The notes beneath the pieces are model-generated. The model worked only from the letters and a program-made list of their open reading frames with translations. It had not been told where the DNA came from and searched no databases. 64,000 nt of DNA. Source: Pyrinomonadaceae bacterium (GTDB taxonomy: Bacteria > Acidobacteriota > Blastocatellia > Pyrinomonadales > Pyrinomonadaceae). The DNA lies in NCBI GenBank assembly GCA_046313635.1, contig JBKBYA010000010.1:67092-131091 (forward strand), read 5' to 3'. Below are positions 33,919 through 45,635 of this stretch, in pieces. Position 1 is the stretch's first letter; every line of letters begins with the position of its first letter. A program made the translations under genes and the position numbers.

Positions 33919-35781
33919 CTATCCGATCACGAAGTGCAGCGTGGTATCGCCGACCCTGATCCGGTCGCCATTGGTCAGCGCGTGCGGCTGCCGAGGGCCG
34001 AGCTTGACCGCTTCGTGAACGATGGGCATCAGCATCGTGCCGTTTGACGACCCGAGATCTTCGAGCAGATATGTATGTCCCTCGCGCCAGATGCGCGCAT
34101 GCCGGCGAGAGATCTTGGTCTGCGGGTCGTACTTCGAGAGATCGACCTCGGGAAAGATATTCGACATCGGATCGCGCCGACCGATCAGAATCTCGCCCTT
34201 CTCTAGCGGAAATATCGGCGCGTGCAGGTCGGACGTGCCCTCGACGACCAGCTTCGCCGTAGCGTGGCCGCCCTTGTAGACCTCGGAATGAACACCCTGC
34301 TGAGCGATCGGCTGCTTTGCGCCGCAGAAGGCGCAGAATAGATCGGTCGCCACGATCTTTTGTCCGCAAAAGCCGCAAAAGACGGTCTGATTCGCAAGGC
34401 TTACGGCCTCGGGCGCGGCCTTGACGCCGTATGTCACGAGCCCTTTCTTGAGATTGTCGTAATGCTCGGCGAGGACTGCCTTGACCTCGGCCGCCGACGT
34501 GAATCGGGCGTCCGCGTTGTACTCGACGCACTTCATCAGAATGCGTTCGATCTGGTCCGAGAGCTGCGAGTTGATCTGCCTCGGCCGAGGATTCTTTTGA
34601 AAATCGAATATCAGGAGCGGGTTGCTCTGCGGGTCGGCACCGGTCATCAGATGGAACATCGTCGACCCGAGACTGTAAATGTCCGATCGCGGCTCGACGT
34701 TCCCGCTGAAGAGCTCGGGCGGCGCATAGCCCATCGTGCCGACGGCGGTGACGCCCTTTTCCTGAATTTGATTGATCGATCGAGCGATGCCGAAATCGAT
34801 CAGGACGACACGGCCCGAATTGCCGTCGAGCATCACGTTTGACGGCTTCAGGTCTCGATAGACGATCGTCGCGGGCTGATTGTGAAGATAGTCGAGGACG
34901 TCGGCGATCTGGATGCCCCACTTCGTGACCGTCAGCTCGTCGATCTTACCTTCAGGCGTTGCACGAAGCCGGGCCGCGAGGTCGCCGCCCGAGATGTATT
35001 TCATCACGAGATAAAAGCGGCCCTCGGTCTCGTCGTAGAAGTAATCGTAGATCGTCGGGATCGACGGATGATCGAGCTGCGAGAGGATCATGCTCTCGCG
35101 GCGAAAGTCCTCGATCGCCTTGACCTGCTGCTCCTCCTCGATGTGCGACTGGACCATCTCTTTGACGGCGCGCAGCACGCCGCCGAGATTATTATCGCTC
35201 GCGAGATAGACTGCGCCCATTCCGCCGCCGCCGATCTTGCGAATGATCTCGTATCGGCCGTTGAGGATCGAGCCCTCCTCGAGCGGCTTGAGCTTTGCGC
35301 CCTTTCTGCCGTCGGTGTCGACCTGTCCGATATTTGGAGCCGTATAGCCGCGTTCGCCTTCATTCCCGGACCCGTTCGGGCCGGGAGCTTCGGCGGGCTC
35401 GATCGGTTTTAGGTCGGTCGGAATATCGCCGGGCGTGGGCTGACTGAACGAATCCACGATGCGCACCGAGTCAAAGATCGAAGGCGGTTCGACCGCCGGT
35501 GTCGGTTCGAGGTCCTGGTCCGGCTTGGCGATCACCGGACCGGTCTGTTCAAAGGGGTCGGCACTTTTTTCTTCGGACGCGGCAGTCCCGGTCGCGGGGC
35601 CGGCCGCGGGCTCGTCCGCAGGCGTTGAGATCCTCGGCGGATGATCGATCATAATCGTCGACGCAAATTCGTCCACCGCGTCAGCCGGCTCGGGCGCCGG
35701 CGCCTCCAGGCGCGCTCCGCAGTACGGACAGAACGCATCGTTTTGCGCAACGGCTGAACTACATTGTGGGCAAGTTGCCAT
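33919..35781 (-). CDS. Zinc-ribbon / Ser/Thr kinase / zinc-ribbon / FHA protein
   Basis: CPQC..CPYC; GGGGMG, YRDLKPSN, DFG and GTMGYAPPE; CGFC..CAFC; FHA motifs IGRRD, ISRRHA and GSSNGT. Confidence 0.92.
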   Translation of the reverse strand: MATCPQCSSAVAQNDAFCPYCGARLEAPAPEPADAVDEFASTIMIDHPPRISTPADEPAAGPATGTAASEEKSADPFEQTGPVIAKPDQDLEPTPAVEPPSIFDSVRIVDSFSQPTPGDIPTDLKPIEPAEAPGPNGSGNEGERGYTAPNIGQVDTDGRKGAKLKPLEEGSILNGRYEIIRKIGGGGMGAVYLASDNNLGGVLRAVKEMVQSHIEEEQQVKAIEDFRRESMILSQLDHPSIPTIYDYFYDETEGRFYLVMKYISGGDLAARLRATPEGKIDELTVTKWGIQIADVLDYLHNQPATIVYRDLKPSNVMLDGNSGRVVLIDFGIARSINQIQEKGVTAVGTMGYAPPELFSGNVEPRSDIYSLGSTMFHLMTGADPQSNPLLIFDFQKNPRPRQINSQLSDQIERILMKCVEYNADARFTSAAEVKAVLAEHYDNLKKGLVTYGVKAAPEAVSLANQTVFCGFCGQKIVATDLFCAFCGAKQPIAQQGVHSEVYKGGHATAKLVVEGTSDLHAPIFPLEKGEILIGRRDPMSNIFPEVDLSKYDPQTKISRRHARIWREGHTYLLEDLGSSNGTMLMPIVHEAVKLGPRQPHALTNGDRIRVGDTTLHFVIG

Positions 35782-35812
35782 TTGACCTTTGAATAACTAC
35801 AGGAGCGAGCTC

Positions 35813-36382
35813 TCAACCATTCAGCTTGAATCTGAGAAACGTCTTTCCGACGATGATCTCATCGCCGTCTGCGAGCGGTTGCGGCGTGCCGGGCAATAGT
35901 CTTCGCCCCCGATTGATGAACGTGCCGTTCGTCGAGCCGAGGTCCTCGACAAAGTAGCCGCCGTCGCGGCGGATCACCCTCGCATGGCGTCGAGAGACCT
36001 TTGCCTCCTGATCGAACGAGTCGAGATCGACGTCAGGAAAGATGCCATTGTCGGCGTCCCAACGGCCGATCGTGGCCTCGTCGCGGTCGATCACGAATTC
36101 TGTCCCTGCCGCGTCGCCGCGATCGATCACGAGCCGCGCCCGTCCGGCGGTCTTGCCGCCCGCCGTAGCCGGCTCGGTCCCAGAGCCCGCACCGCCGGCC
36201 TCGTGGGCCGCACCCCCGGTCGCGACGTCGGCTCCGCTTAAGATCGGGGATTCGACGGTGTTGTTTTGAGGATTAGGCAGATCGGTACGATGGACGTCGT
36301 TCGGCGGCAGCTTCGTCCCGCACTGGTCGCAGAATGCGGCTGAATCCGGGCTGCTCGTACCGCAGGCCTCACATTTGATCAT
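35813..36382 (-). CDS. Zinc-ribbon + FHA domain protein
   Basis: CEAC..CDQC; IGRWD, VSRRHA and GSTNGT. Confidence 0.9.
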   Translation of the reverse strand: MIKCEACGTSSPDSAAFCDQCGTKLPPNDVHRTDLPNPQNNTVESPILSGADVATGGAAHEAGGAGSGTEPATAGGKTAGRARLVIDRGDAAGTEFVIDRDEATIGRWDADNGIFPDVDLDSFDQEAKVSRRHARVIRRDGGYFVEDLGSTNGTFINRGRRLLPGTPQPLADGDEIIVGKTFLRFKLNG

Positions 36383-36649
36383 CGATAAATATTGTCGCGC
36401 AATGCTTCGAGAATTGGTCAGCCGGCAGCGGGCCGGCGTAACGCAAGTAACTCGTCCAGATGGTAAATCGTAAATCGAAGGTGGTTAAACGTCAACCACG
36501 ACTCAAGCCTCCAACTCGCAGCGCTTACGGCACTTTTTTGAAACTAAGAGAGTGATGCTACCGTAGAAGGCTCTTGACATCCTATCCGCAAAAATTTGTC
36601 AGCAGGATACGAGAACTTTCGTTCGCCCGAAGAGGAAAAAACAGCATCT

Positions 36650-38188
36650 ATGGCCCTTAGCCGCAAGTCCAAAATCATCATCGGCGCGTCGACCGGTGTG
36701 CTCCTGGTCCTGATCGTCATCGGGACCATCTTTGCCACGAGGACCGACACGCCCGAGGTCACGACCGTCGCCGTGACGCTGCGTCCGGAGCTGCGCTCGA
36801 CGGTAACGTCCTCGGGCGAAGTTCGCCCGATCCAATTCATGAACCTCACGAGCGAGGTACAGGGCCGGATCGAGGAGATATACGTCAAAGAGGGCGAACG
36901 CGTGACCAAAGGCCAATCGCTCGTACGCCTCGACCCGAATCAGCTCGAGTCGAGCACCGACGCGCAGTACGCCGCGCTCCAGGCCGCACAGGACGAGGTG
37001 CGGGTCTCGCAAACGCAGGTCTCCGCCGCGCAGAATCAGCTCGCGCAGGCGCAGCAGCAGCTTAATGTTGCGCAGGTCGCGATCGACAGCGCCCGGCAGC
37101 AGGTCGTCGCCGCCCAGGCCGAGGTCGCGCGGGCGCAGGTCGCGCTCAACGCCTCTACGCGAGAGCTAAAGCGAAATGAGCAGCTGCTCGAGAGCGGCGT
37201 GATCTCTCGCCAGGCCTACGACGAGGCCAAGGACCGTGCCGAGAACGATCGGGCCTCTCTCGAAAACGCGCGGGCCAATCTTGCCGCACGCCAGCTCGGC
37301 GTCAAGGACGCGCAGGCCCGTCTCAACCAGCAGACCATCGCCGTACAGGATGCTCGCCGCGCCATCCAGACCGCGATGCTCAATGTCAATTCGAGCCAGG
37401 CCCGGGCAAACCAGCAGGCCGCGGCCCTGCGCGGCCAGCGCAATCAGCGGGACAAGACGCTTGTCGTCGCGCCGATCAACGGCGTGATCGCCGAGATACC
37501 TTCAAAGGTCGGAACGTTCGCAGTCGCCGGCCTTTCGACCACGGCCCTGCTCACCATCGCCGATATGTCCGCGATCAACGTCGAGGTCAAGGTCGACGAG
37601 ACCGAGATCGACAAGGTGCAGGAGGGGCAGCCGGCAAAGATAAAGGTCGATGCTTTTGGTGACCGCGAGATATTTGGCGAGGTGACGCAAAAGACCCCGC
37701 TCGCCGTCGGCAAATCGCAGACGACCGGCGGCCTCTCGACCAACATCAACGTGCAGGAAGCCAAGGAATTCCGCGTCGTGATCCGGCTCAAGGACCTGCC
37801 CGAGGATATCCAGAACGGGCTGCGTCCGGGAATGAGCGCCACGGCCGAGATCACTACCAAGACCGTCTCGAACGTGATCGCCGTCCCGCTGCAGGCCGTG
37901 ATCGAGAAAAAGCCCGACTCGTCGCCGACGCCCGGCGGAGGCGAGGCCCCGCAGCCCGGAGACAAACCGAAACCGATCAAGGGCGTTTACGTTCTCGACG
38001 GCAGCAAGGCCAAGTTCGTTCAGGTCGAGACCGGCATCACCGGTGAGTCCGACATTCAGATCACGAGCGGGCTCGAGGCGGGCCAGGAGGTCATAGTCGG
38101 CCCGAGCCGCGTGCTGAATACTCTTAAAGAAGGGGCACAGGTGCGTAAGCAGACCAAGAAGGACGGCGATAATTCCAATCGCTCGTAG
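36650..38188 (+). CDS. Periplasmic adaptor (MacA/YknX-like membrane fusion protein)
   Basis: N-terminal [20 protein letters not shown], long Q/A-rich coiled coil, APING, VDETEI and LRPGMSA. ATG 36650 follows GAGG. Confidence 0.9.
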   Translation: MALSRKSKIIIGASTGVLLVLIVIGTIFATRTDTPEVTTVAVTLRPELRSTVTSSGEVRPIQFMNLTSEVQGRIEEIYVKEGERVTKGQSLVRLDPNQLESSTDAQYAALQAAQDEVRVSQTQVSAAQNQLAQAQQQLNVAQVAIDSARQQVVAAQAEVARAQVALNASTRELKRNEQLLESGVISRQAYDEAKDRAENDRASLENARANLAARQLGVKDAQARLNQQTIAVQDARRAIQTAMLNVNSSQARANQQAAALRGQRNQRDKTLVVAPINGVIAEIPSKVGTFAVAGLSTTALLTIADMSAINVEVKVDETEIDKVQEGQPAKIKVDAFGDREIFGEVTQKTPLAVGKSQTTGGLSTNINVQEAKEFRVVIRLKDLPEDIQNGLRPGMSATAEITTKTVSNVIAVPLQAVIEKKPDSSPTPGGGEAPQPGDKPKPIKGVYVLDGSKAKFVQVETGITGESDIQITSGLEAGQEVIVGPSRVLNTLKEGAQVRKQTKKDGDNSNRS

Positions 38189-38208
38189 CGGGCCGTACCA
38201 AAAGGCGT

Positions 38209-38976
38209 ATGGAGACAACAAGTATGTATCGCTTTATGGACGAAGGCGCGGCAGCCGTCGCCGAGCCGGCGGGAGCCGATGCACGGGCCGGCGAACGGCT
38301 GATCCATATGACCGGCATTTGGAAGACCTACCTGATGGGCAACGAGGAGCTCCATGCTCTTCGCGACGTCTCGTTCGATGTCGATAAGGGCGAGTACCTC
38401 GCCATCATCGGCCCGTCAGGCTCGGGCAAGTCGACTCTGATGAATCTGATCGGCTGCCTCGACTCGCCGACCAAGGGCCAGTACTGGCTTAACGGGCAGC
38501 TCGTCTCGGATATGACCGACGACGAGCTTGCGCGCATCCGCAACAAAGAGATCGGTTTCGTCTTTCAGACCTTTAACCTGCTCGCCCGCGCGACCGCGCT
38601 GCATAATGTCGAACTGCCGCTTATCTATGCCGGCGTGCGCGCCGCCGAGCGGCACGAGCGCGCATTGGCCGCGCTTGAGTCGGTCGAGCTCGGCGATCGA
38701 GCGGGCCACCGGCCGAACGAGCTCTCGGGCGGCCAGCGGCAGCGCGTGGCGATCGCACGAGCCCTCGTCAACCGGCCGTCCATACTGCTCGCCGACGAGC
38801 CGACCGGAGCTCTCGATACCAAGACCAGCTACGAGATCATGGAGCTTTTTGAAAAGCTTCATTCAGAGGGCAACACGATCATTCTCGTCACGCACGAGCA
38901 TGACGTTGCCGAGCGGGCTCACCGCGTCATAACGATCCGCGACGGGCAGATCGAGCACGACGAAAAGATCAAATGA
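38209..38976 (+). CDS. ABC transporter ATP-binding protein (MacB/YknY/LolD-like)
   Basis: [27 protein letters not shown] and ADEPTG. Confidence 0.93.
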   Translation: METTSMYRFMDEGAAAVAEPAGADARAGERLIHMTGIWKTYLMGNEELHALRDVSFDVDKGEYLAIIGPSGSGKSTLMNLIGCLDSPTKGQYWLNGQLVSDMTDDELARIRNKEIGFVFQTFNLLARATALHNVELPLIYAGVRAAERHERALAALESVELGDRAGHRPNELSGGQRQRVAIARALVNRPSILLADEPTGALDTKTSYEIMELFEKLHSEGNTIILVTHEHDVAERAHRVITIRDGQIEHDEKIK

Positions 38977-39680
38977 TCGGATCGCTTCCGACCCATGTTT
39001 CGATAGTCTTTGTTCTGACGACCCTTGCCGCGATCGGGTTCGTCTTCGCCGCCGTTCGACCCGCGGGGCGCGACACGCTGCCGATCAAGTTGATCACTTT
39101 TTATATTCCGTTCTGGCTTGTCCTGACGGGCATTTTGGCGGTCGCCGGGTTTTATCGGGAATTCGATGTCTTCCCGCCGCGCGTCGCAGTGCTTGGCGTG
39201 CTGCCGACGGCGGTCGTCTTGCTCGGCTGCCTGTTCTTGTTTCGCCGGCAGCTCGTCGAACGGGTCTCGCTGAGGGCGCTGACGATGCTGCACGTCGTGC
39301 GGCTCCCCGTCGAGATCGTCCTGCTCTGGCTGTTTCAGGGCGGTCTCGTTCCGCGCGAAATGACATTCGAAGGCTGGAACTTCGACATCCTCTCCGGGCT
39401 CACCGCTCCGATCGTTTACTGGCTCGCGTTTCGCCGCGGCGCGACGAACCGCCCTCTGCTCATCGGCTGGAACGTCGCCGCTCTGCTGCTGCTCGCGAAT
39501 ATCGTGACGATCGCCATCCTTTCGTTCCGCTCACCGATGCAGCAGGTCGGCTTTGATCAGCCGAATGTCGGCGTCACATACCTTCCGTTCATTTGGCTTC
39601 CGGCGCTCGTCGTGCCTATAGTTCTGTTTGCGCACGTCGCATCGCTGATGCAGATCCTCGGCCGCGGGCGCCGCGCCTGA
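38973..39680 (+). CDS. Hypothetical multi-pass membrane protein
   Basis: About 7 hydrophobic segments; ATGA overlap with the upstream stop. Confidence 0.75.
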   Translation: MIGSLPTHVSIVFVLTTLAAIGFVFAAVRPAGRDTLPIKLITFYIPFWLVLTGILAVAGFYREFDVFPPRVAVLGVLPTAVVLLGCLFLFRRQLVERVSLRALTMLHVVRLPVEIVLLWLFQGGLVPREMTFEGWNFDILSGLTAPIVYWLAFRRGATNRPLLIGWNVAALLLLANIVTIAILSFRSPMQQVGFDQPNVGVTYLPFIWLPALVVPIVLFAHVASLMQILGRGRRA

Positions 39681-39735
39681 AACCGTTTGCGAGCGCACCG
39701 CGTACACGCTATTTTCCCGATCTGCAGGCCGCCGA

Positions 39736-40971
39736 ATGAACTTTGCCGAAACGCTAAAACTCGCCCTCGACGCGATCTGGGCTCACAAGCTGCGATCGTT
39801 CCTCACGCTGCTCGGGATGATCATCGCCGTCACGGCGTTCATGGTCGTGCTGTCTCTGCTGCAGGGCTTTAACTCGTACGTCGACGAAAAGATCGCCGGC
39901 ATCGGAACCAATTCGTTCACGCTGCGGCGATTCAGTTTTGAGGACTTCAAAGACTCCGACACGATCGCCGCGGCGCAGAGACGCAACAAGGAGCTGACGT
40001 TTGACGAGCGCGATTTCATTCGCGAACGCGCGCAGCTCATCGACAAGATCGGCGCCAAGGCCGGCAATATGACACGCGAGGTCAAGGGGCCGACCGAGAC
40101 GCTACGCGACGTGCAGATCGTCGGGGCCGAGCCCGTTATCGCCGATATCGAAAAGCGCGACATCGCCGAGGGGCGATTCTTTACCGAGGCCGAGAACAAT
40201 AATTCGGTCCGCGTCGCGTACATCGGCTGGGACGTCGCAAAAAAGCTCTACCCGCGCGGCGACGCCGTCGGCAAAGAGCTCGAGATCAACGGCATTCCCT
40301 ACCGCATCATCGGCATCCAGACCGCGAAAGGCACCGTCTTCGGCCAGCCGCAGGACAACTTTGTCGAGCTGCCGATCAAGACGTTCGGCTCGGCGTTTGG
40401 CGGGCTGACCCGTCAGCGTGCGCCGTACTTTGTCATGACGGCGAGGAACGACAAGGTCTTTAACGACGCGGTCGAAGAGGTCCGCACGCTGATGCGGATC
40501 AAGCGCAAATTGAATTTTGGCGAAAAGGACAACTTCGGCATCCTCACGCCCGATGCGATCGCGGGCGTGCGTGATCGAATTTTTGGCACGATCTCGCTCG
40601 TCATCATCTCGGTCCCGACCATCGCGCTCGTCGTCGGAGCGATCGTCATTATGAACATCATGCTCGTCGCCGTCACAGAGCGGACGCGCGAGATCGGCAT
40701 CCGCAAATCGATCGGCGCTCGGCAGTCCGACATTCTAAAACAGTTCCTGACCGAGTCGGCCACCCTATCGGCACTCGGCGGCATCATCGGGCTGATCCTC
40801 GCGGAGCTGCTCGGCGTCGTCATCACGGCTTATGTTTTTCCGACGCGGATACCGGTCTGGGCGATCTTTGTCGCGATCGGCGTGTCGGCCGCGGTGGGCA
40901 TCGTGGCCGGACTGTACCCTGCGTGGAAGGCGGCGAGACTCGACCCGATCGAGGCGCTCAGAGCGGAGTAG
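39736..40971 (+). CDS. ABC permease (MacB/FtsX family)
   Basis: KLRSFLTLLG, IMNIMLVAVTERTREIGIRK and ARLDPIEALR. Confidence 0.93.
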   Translation: MNFAETLKLALDAIWAHKLRSFLTLLGMIIAVTAFMVVLSLLQGFNSYVDEKIAGIGTNSFTLRRFSFEDFKDSDTIAAAQRRNKELTFDERDFIRERAQLIDKIGAKAGNMTREVKGPTETLRDVQIVGAEPVIADIEKRDIAEGRFFTEAENNNSVRVAYIGWDVAKKLYPRGDAVGKELEINGIPYRIIGIQTAKGTVFGQPQDNFVELPIKTFGSAFGGLTRQRAPYFVMTARNDKVFNDAVEEVRTLMRIKRKLNFGEKDNFGILTPDAIAGVRDRIFGTISLVIISVPTIALVVGAIVIMNIMLVAVTERTREIGIRKSIGARQSDILKQFLTESATLSALGGIIGLILAELLGVVITAYVFPTRIPVWAIFVAIGVSAAVGIVAGLYPAWKAARLDPIEALRAE

Positions 40972-40974
40972 CGG

Positions 40975-42237
40975 ATGAAGGTTGTGACCGGCCCATTCTA
41001 CGAGAACCTCAAGATGGCGCTCGACACGCTGCGGGCAAACAAGCTGCGCTCGTTCCTCACCATCGTCGGCGTCGTCGTCGGCGTCATCGTCGTGATGCTG
41101 ATGTCGTCGATCATCAGCGGCATCAACGTTGCGGTCTCTAAAGAGGTCGAGTCCTTTGGCACCAATTCGATCTTTCTCTACAAGATGGACATCGGCATCC
41201 GCACGAGCGCTCCGACGCGCGAAGAGCGTATGCGCAAGCCTCTGACCGTCGACGACGCCGAGGCCATCTCGCGGCTGAGCTCTGTCGAGGCGGCGATACC
41301 GTATTTGAATCTGTCGACAAACTTTTTCGGCGGCCGTATCGCGGTCACCGGCAAGAACGGCAAGACGTCGACGTCGGTCCAGATCAACGGCACTCTGCCC
41401 GACGCCGAGAGATCGCCCGGCGAGGTGCTGATCGACGGCCGCTGGTTTTCGCAGGCGGAGAATACCGAAAAAGCGAACGTCTGCGTCATCGGCGACACGG
41501 TCAGGGAGAGCTACTTCCCTTACGAGAATCCCGTCGGCCAGACGCTCGAGATCGGCGGCACCGAATTTCGCGTGATCGGCCTGCTGCAAAAGCGCGAGCA
41601 GCTCTTCGGCGGCGGCGGCGGCAATAACGACCAGTCGAATATCGTCTACATGCCGATGGGTGCCGCGCTCAAGATCAAGCCGAACGCCGACGACCTCTTC
41701 ATCCTCGCGATCGCCAAAGAAGGCCAGCTCCAAAAGGCGAAGGACGACATTCAGGACCTGCTGCGAATTCGCCGCCAGGTGAAGTACGGCGAAAAGAACA
41801 ACTTTGCGATGGAGACGGCGTCGAGCATCATCGACCAGTTTCAGGCGATCACGAGCGGCGTCTTTCTTGCGATGTTCGTCATCTCGTCTGTCGGCCTGAT
41901 GATCGGCGGCATCGGCGTGATGAACATAATGCTCGTCTCTGTCACCGAACGCACAAAAGAGATCGGCATCCGCAAGGCGATCGGCGCCAAGCAGACCGAC
42001 ATTCTTCTGCAGTTCCTGCTCGAGGCCGCGACGCTGACGGGATTTGGCGGGCTCGTCGGTCTGCTGATCGGATGGGCTCTGACGTTTTTGATCGGCCTCG
42101 TCTTCCCCTCGTACGTGCCGCTCTGGGCACCGGCCGCGGGATTTGGCGCGAGCGTCGTCATCGGCATCGTCTTCGGCCTCTGGCCCGCCTGGAAGGCCGC
42201 CCGCCTCGACCCGATCGAGTCGCTAAGATACGAATGA
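40975..42237 (+). CDS. ABC permease (MacB/FtsX family), paralog
   Basis: KLRSFLT, GGIGVMNIMLVSVTERTKEIGIRK and ARLDPIESLR. Confidence 0.93.
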   Translation: MKVVTGPFYENLKMALDTLRANKLRSFLTIVGVVVGVIVVMLMSSIISGINVAVSKEVESFGTNSIFLYKMDIGIRTSAPTREERMRKPLTVDDAEAISRLSSVEAAIPYLNLSTNFFGGRIAVTGKNGKTSTSVQINGTLPDAERSPGEVLIDGRWFSQAENTEKANVCVIGDTVRESYFPYENPVGQTLEIGGTEFRVIGLLQKREQLFGGGGGNNDQSNIVYMPMGAALKIKPNADDLFILAIAKEGQLQKAKDDIQDLLRIRRQVKYGEKNNFAMETASSIIDQFQAITSGVFLAMFVISSVGLMIGGIGVMNIMLVSVTERTKEIGIRKAIGAKQTDILLQFLLEAATLTGFGGLVGLLIGWALTFLIGLVFPSYVPLWAPAAGFGASVVIGIVFGLWPAWKAARLDPIESLRYE

Positions 42238-42265
42238 CACCGAAGCACCTTTCAGAGACGGATGC

Positions 42266-42374
42266 TGCAGAAGCCCGCACGTAAGTAAGGGCGTAACTTT
42301 CGACGTATCGGCATCCGCCTTCTGGTTTGGTACCGAGGTCGTGTTACGCCCTTACTGGCGTGCGGGCTTCTGCA
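42266..42374. repeat. REP/REPIN-like inverted doublet
   Basis: 32-nt arms at 42266-42297 and 42343-42374 are inverted with 30/32 identity (TGCAGAAGCCCGCACG(TA/CC)AGTAAGGGCGTAAC). Each arm has an internal GCCC...GGGC palindrome. Lies between convergent genes. Confidence 0.75.
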
Positions 42375-42395
42375 ATGAGCGCCTTTCTGTTCCTG

Positions 42396-43202
42396 TTACA
42401 TCGGATTGCCCGAGATCAGCGCAAAAACGACGCGGAGCGTGATGCCGATGAGTGCGACCAGCAGCACCGCGGCCCACGCGGCACCGGACGAGAGGCGATT
42501 GGTGATCCTCAGACCGATCGCCGCGAGTATCCATCCCCAGATCGCAAAGAGATCAAATGCCGACAACAGTGTCGACAGGACCGGTGACGCGCGCCCGTCG
42601 ATGAAAAAGCTCGGATTGGCATTGACGAGACCTCGTTGGGCCAGCGCGAGGTCGATATCGTCCGCCGACTTGAAGATCAACACGATAAAATTCGCGATCA
42701 TCGCGACGACCATCGGCGGCAGGCCTGAATAGATCCACACCGACAACGCGTGCAGGAATCCGCCGCTCCCGCCGAAGGCCTTTGCCGCGGCCCAGTAAAG
42801 CAGGCCGCCGACGAGGAACGTGATAAAGATCACTACAGGCGTGGCAAATCTCGAGTACTTCCCGATCGTCATTTGCAGGTCGATGGCATTCGACTTCTGC
42901 TCGGGCGAAAGGGCCGCCGCCTGCGGGCTCTTGTCTATCTGCTCGGCGATGAAGCGGCGCATTCCGTCGTCGCCGACCTTGGTCGCGAGGCCGATCAAGT
43001 AAGCCGTGAACAGCAGTGCCATGATCACCGCCGCGAGAATGAACCGCGGTTTCCGCCTCAGGTCCTCGAATGTACGTCCGGGCTCAAAAAAAATGTTCCC
43101 GAGCGTAGCTGCTTCGGACATCTGCGCCTGCTCGGCCGGCGCGATCTGCTCGGGCGGCGGCGGCGCCTGCCACTCTGTTGAAGTTGGATTTTCCATGGGC
43201 AT
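42396..43202 (-). CDS. Yip1-family membrane protein (YknW-like)
   Basis: IFFEPGRTFEDL..KP, multiple TMs and DLFAIW..L.AIGL. Confidence 0.8.
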   Translation of the reverse strand: MPMENPTSTEWQAPPPPEQIAPAEQAQMSEAATLGNIFFEPGRTFEDLRRKPRFILAAVIMALLFTAYLIGLATKVGDDGMRRFIAEQIDKSPQAAALSPEQKSNAIDLQMTIGKYSRFATPVVIFITFLVGGLLYWAAAKAFGGSGGFLHALSVWIYSGLPPMVVAMIANFIVLIFKSADDIDLALAQRGLVNANPSFFIDGRASPVLSTLLSAFDLFAIWGWILAAIGLRITNRLSSGAAWAAVLLVALIGITLRVVFALISGNPM

Positions 43203-43304
43203 CTCTCCTGGGTTGTGACTATTTGATCGGTAGATCTGCAGGCACGGCGGCAGAGCAAACTCGCCGCGGGCCTCTGGGATGATACGACAATTCGGCCGCG
43301 TAGT

Positions 43305-44312
43305 TTAATCGGTCGAGGCGGCGGGCGCCGAGTCGTAGCCGTCGATGCGAATGCACGCTGCACGGTGGCCGGGCTTGATCTCGCGAAGCTCGGGCACGAC
43401 GCGCGCGCATTCGTCGATCGCCCACGGGCAGCGAGTTCTAAATCTGCAGCCTGACGGCGGGTCGATCGGCGTCGGCACGTCGCCGGTCAGGACGATGCGC
43501 TCGCGCTTCTTCATTGGATCGGGAACGGGTATCGCCGAGATCAGCGCCTTTGTGTACGGGTGCAGCGGATCGGCGTAGAGATCGGCCGCGTCGGCGATCT
43601 CGACGATCTTGCCGAGGTACATCACGGCGACGCGGTTCGAGATATGCTCGACGACGGCGAGGCCGTGCGAGATAAAAAGGTACGTCAACCCAAATTCGGC
43701 CTGCAGGTCCTGCAGCAGATTGACGACCTGTGCCTGCACCGAGACGTCGAGCGCCGAGACCGGCTCGTCGCAGATGATGAGCTTCGGGTTGAGCGCGAGG
43801 GCCCGAGCGATGCCGATACGCTGCCGCTGCCCGCCCGAGAACTCGTGCGGGTAACGCTTCATATACGCCGGATCGAGCCCGACCTTTGCAAGCAGATCGG
43901 CGACGCGTTCGCGCTGCGAAGCGCGGTCGCCGATGCGGTGGATCTTGAGCGGCTCCGAGACGATCGCTTCGATGGTCATCCGCGGGTTGAGACTCGCGTA
44001 CGGGTCTTGAAAGATGACCTGCATCTCGCGCCGCCGGGCACGCATTTCCGCGTCGCTGAGCCGCGTGAGTTCGCTGTCCTCAAAAACGATCTCGCCCGAC
44101 GTCGGCTCATGCAGCCGCAGGATGCAGCGGCCGACCGTCGACTTGCCGCAGCCCGATTCGCCTACGAGTCCGAGCGTCTCGCCGGCGCGAATGTCAAACG
44201 TCACGCCGTCCACCGCACGCAGCAGCTCGCCGCTGCTCTCGACGGGAAAATGCTTGACGAGCTCTCTGACGCGAAGGAGGCTGCCGGACGATCGAGGTGT
44301 AGGTGATGACAT
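43305..44312 (-). CDS. Oligopeptide/dipeptide ABC ATP-binding protein (OppF/DppF-like)
   Basis: [35 protein letters not shown] and GCRFRTRC. Confidence 0.92.
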   Translation of the reverse strand: MSSPTPRSSGSLLRVRELVKHFPVESSGELLRAVDGVTFDIRAGETLGLVGESGCGKSTVGRCILRLHEPTSGEIVFEDSELTRLSDAEMRARRREMQVIFQDPYASLNPRMTIEAIVSEPLKIHRIGDRASQRERVADLLAKVGLDPAYMKRYPHEFSGGQRQRIGIARALALNPKLIICDEPVSALDVSVQAQVVNLLQDLQAEFGLTYLFISHGLAVVEHISNRVAVMYLGKIVEIADAADLYADPLHPYTKALISAIPVPDPMKKRERIVLTGDVPTPIDPPSGCRFRTRCPWAIDECARVVPELREIKPGHRAACIRIDGYDSAPAASTD

Positions 44313-44336
44313 CTCTTGCTGGATCTGAATTCACTT

Positions 44337-45377
<1,041 letters not shown>

Positions 45378-45635
45378 ATTCTGACGACTGAAACGTGAAA
45401 GCCGGTCCGGCCTTCCGTGTGCGAAGTGCCCGGTTTTCAATATCCCGAACGAAACGCTCCGAGACCGGTAGTTAGAAGTGTAACCCAAACGAAGCGCCGC
45501 GATAAAACGTCTCGAGACGTCGACGTATCTGAATGCAAAGCAACTAATTGCATCGAAAATCCCTCAAATGGGTGTTATCATTTTCGTGCCTCAGGAGCAT
45601 CTCGAGGCCTTTCCGCACAGGAGCTAAGTTTTATT

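Noticed and set aside
36528..36543. Possible sigma-54 promoter (GGCAC-TTTTTT-G)
   Set aside because: There is no GC at the -12 position with the required spacing.
36574..36601. TTGACA with a TGACA/TGTCA inverted pair upstream of the adaptor gene
   Set aside because: There is no matching -10 at proper spacing, and 5-bp arms are too short to call an operator.
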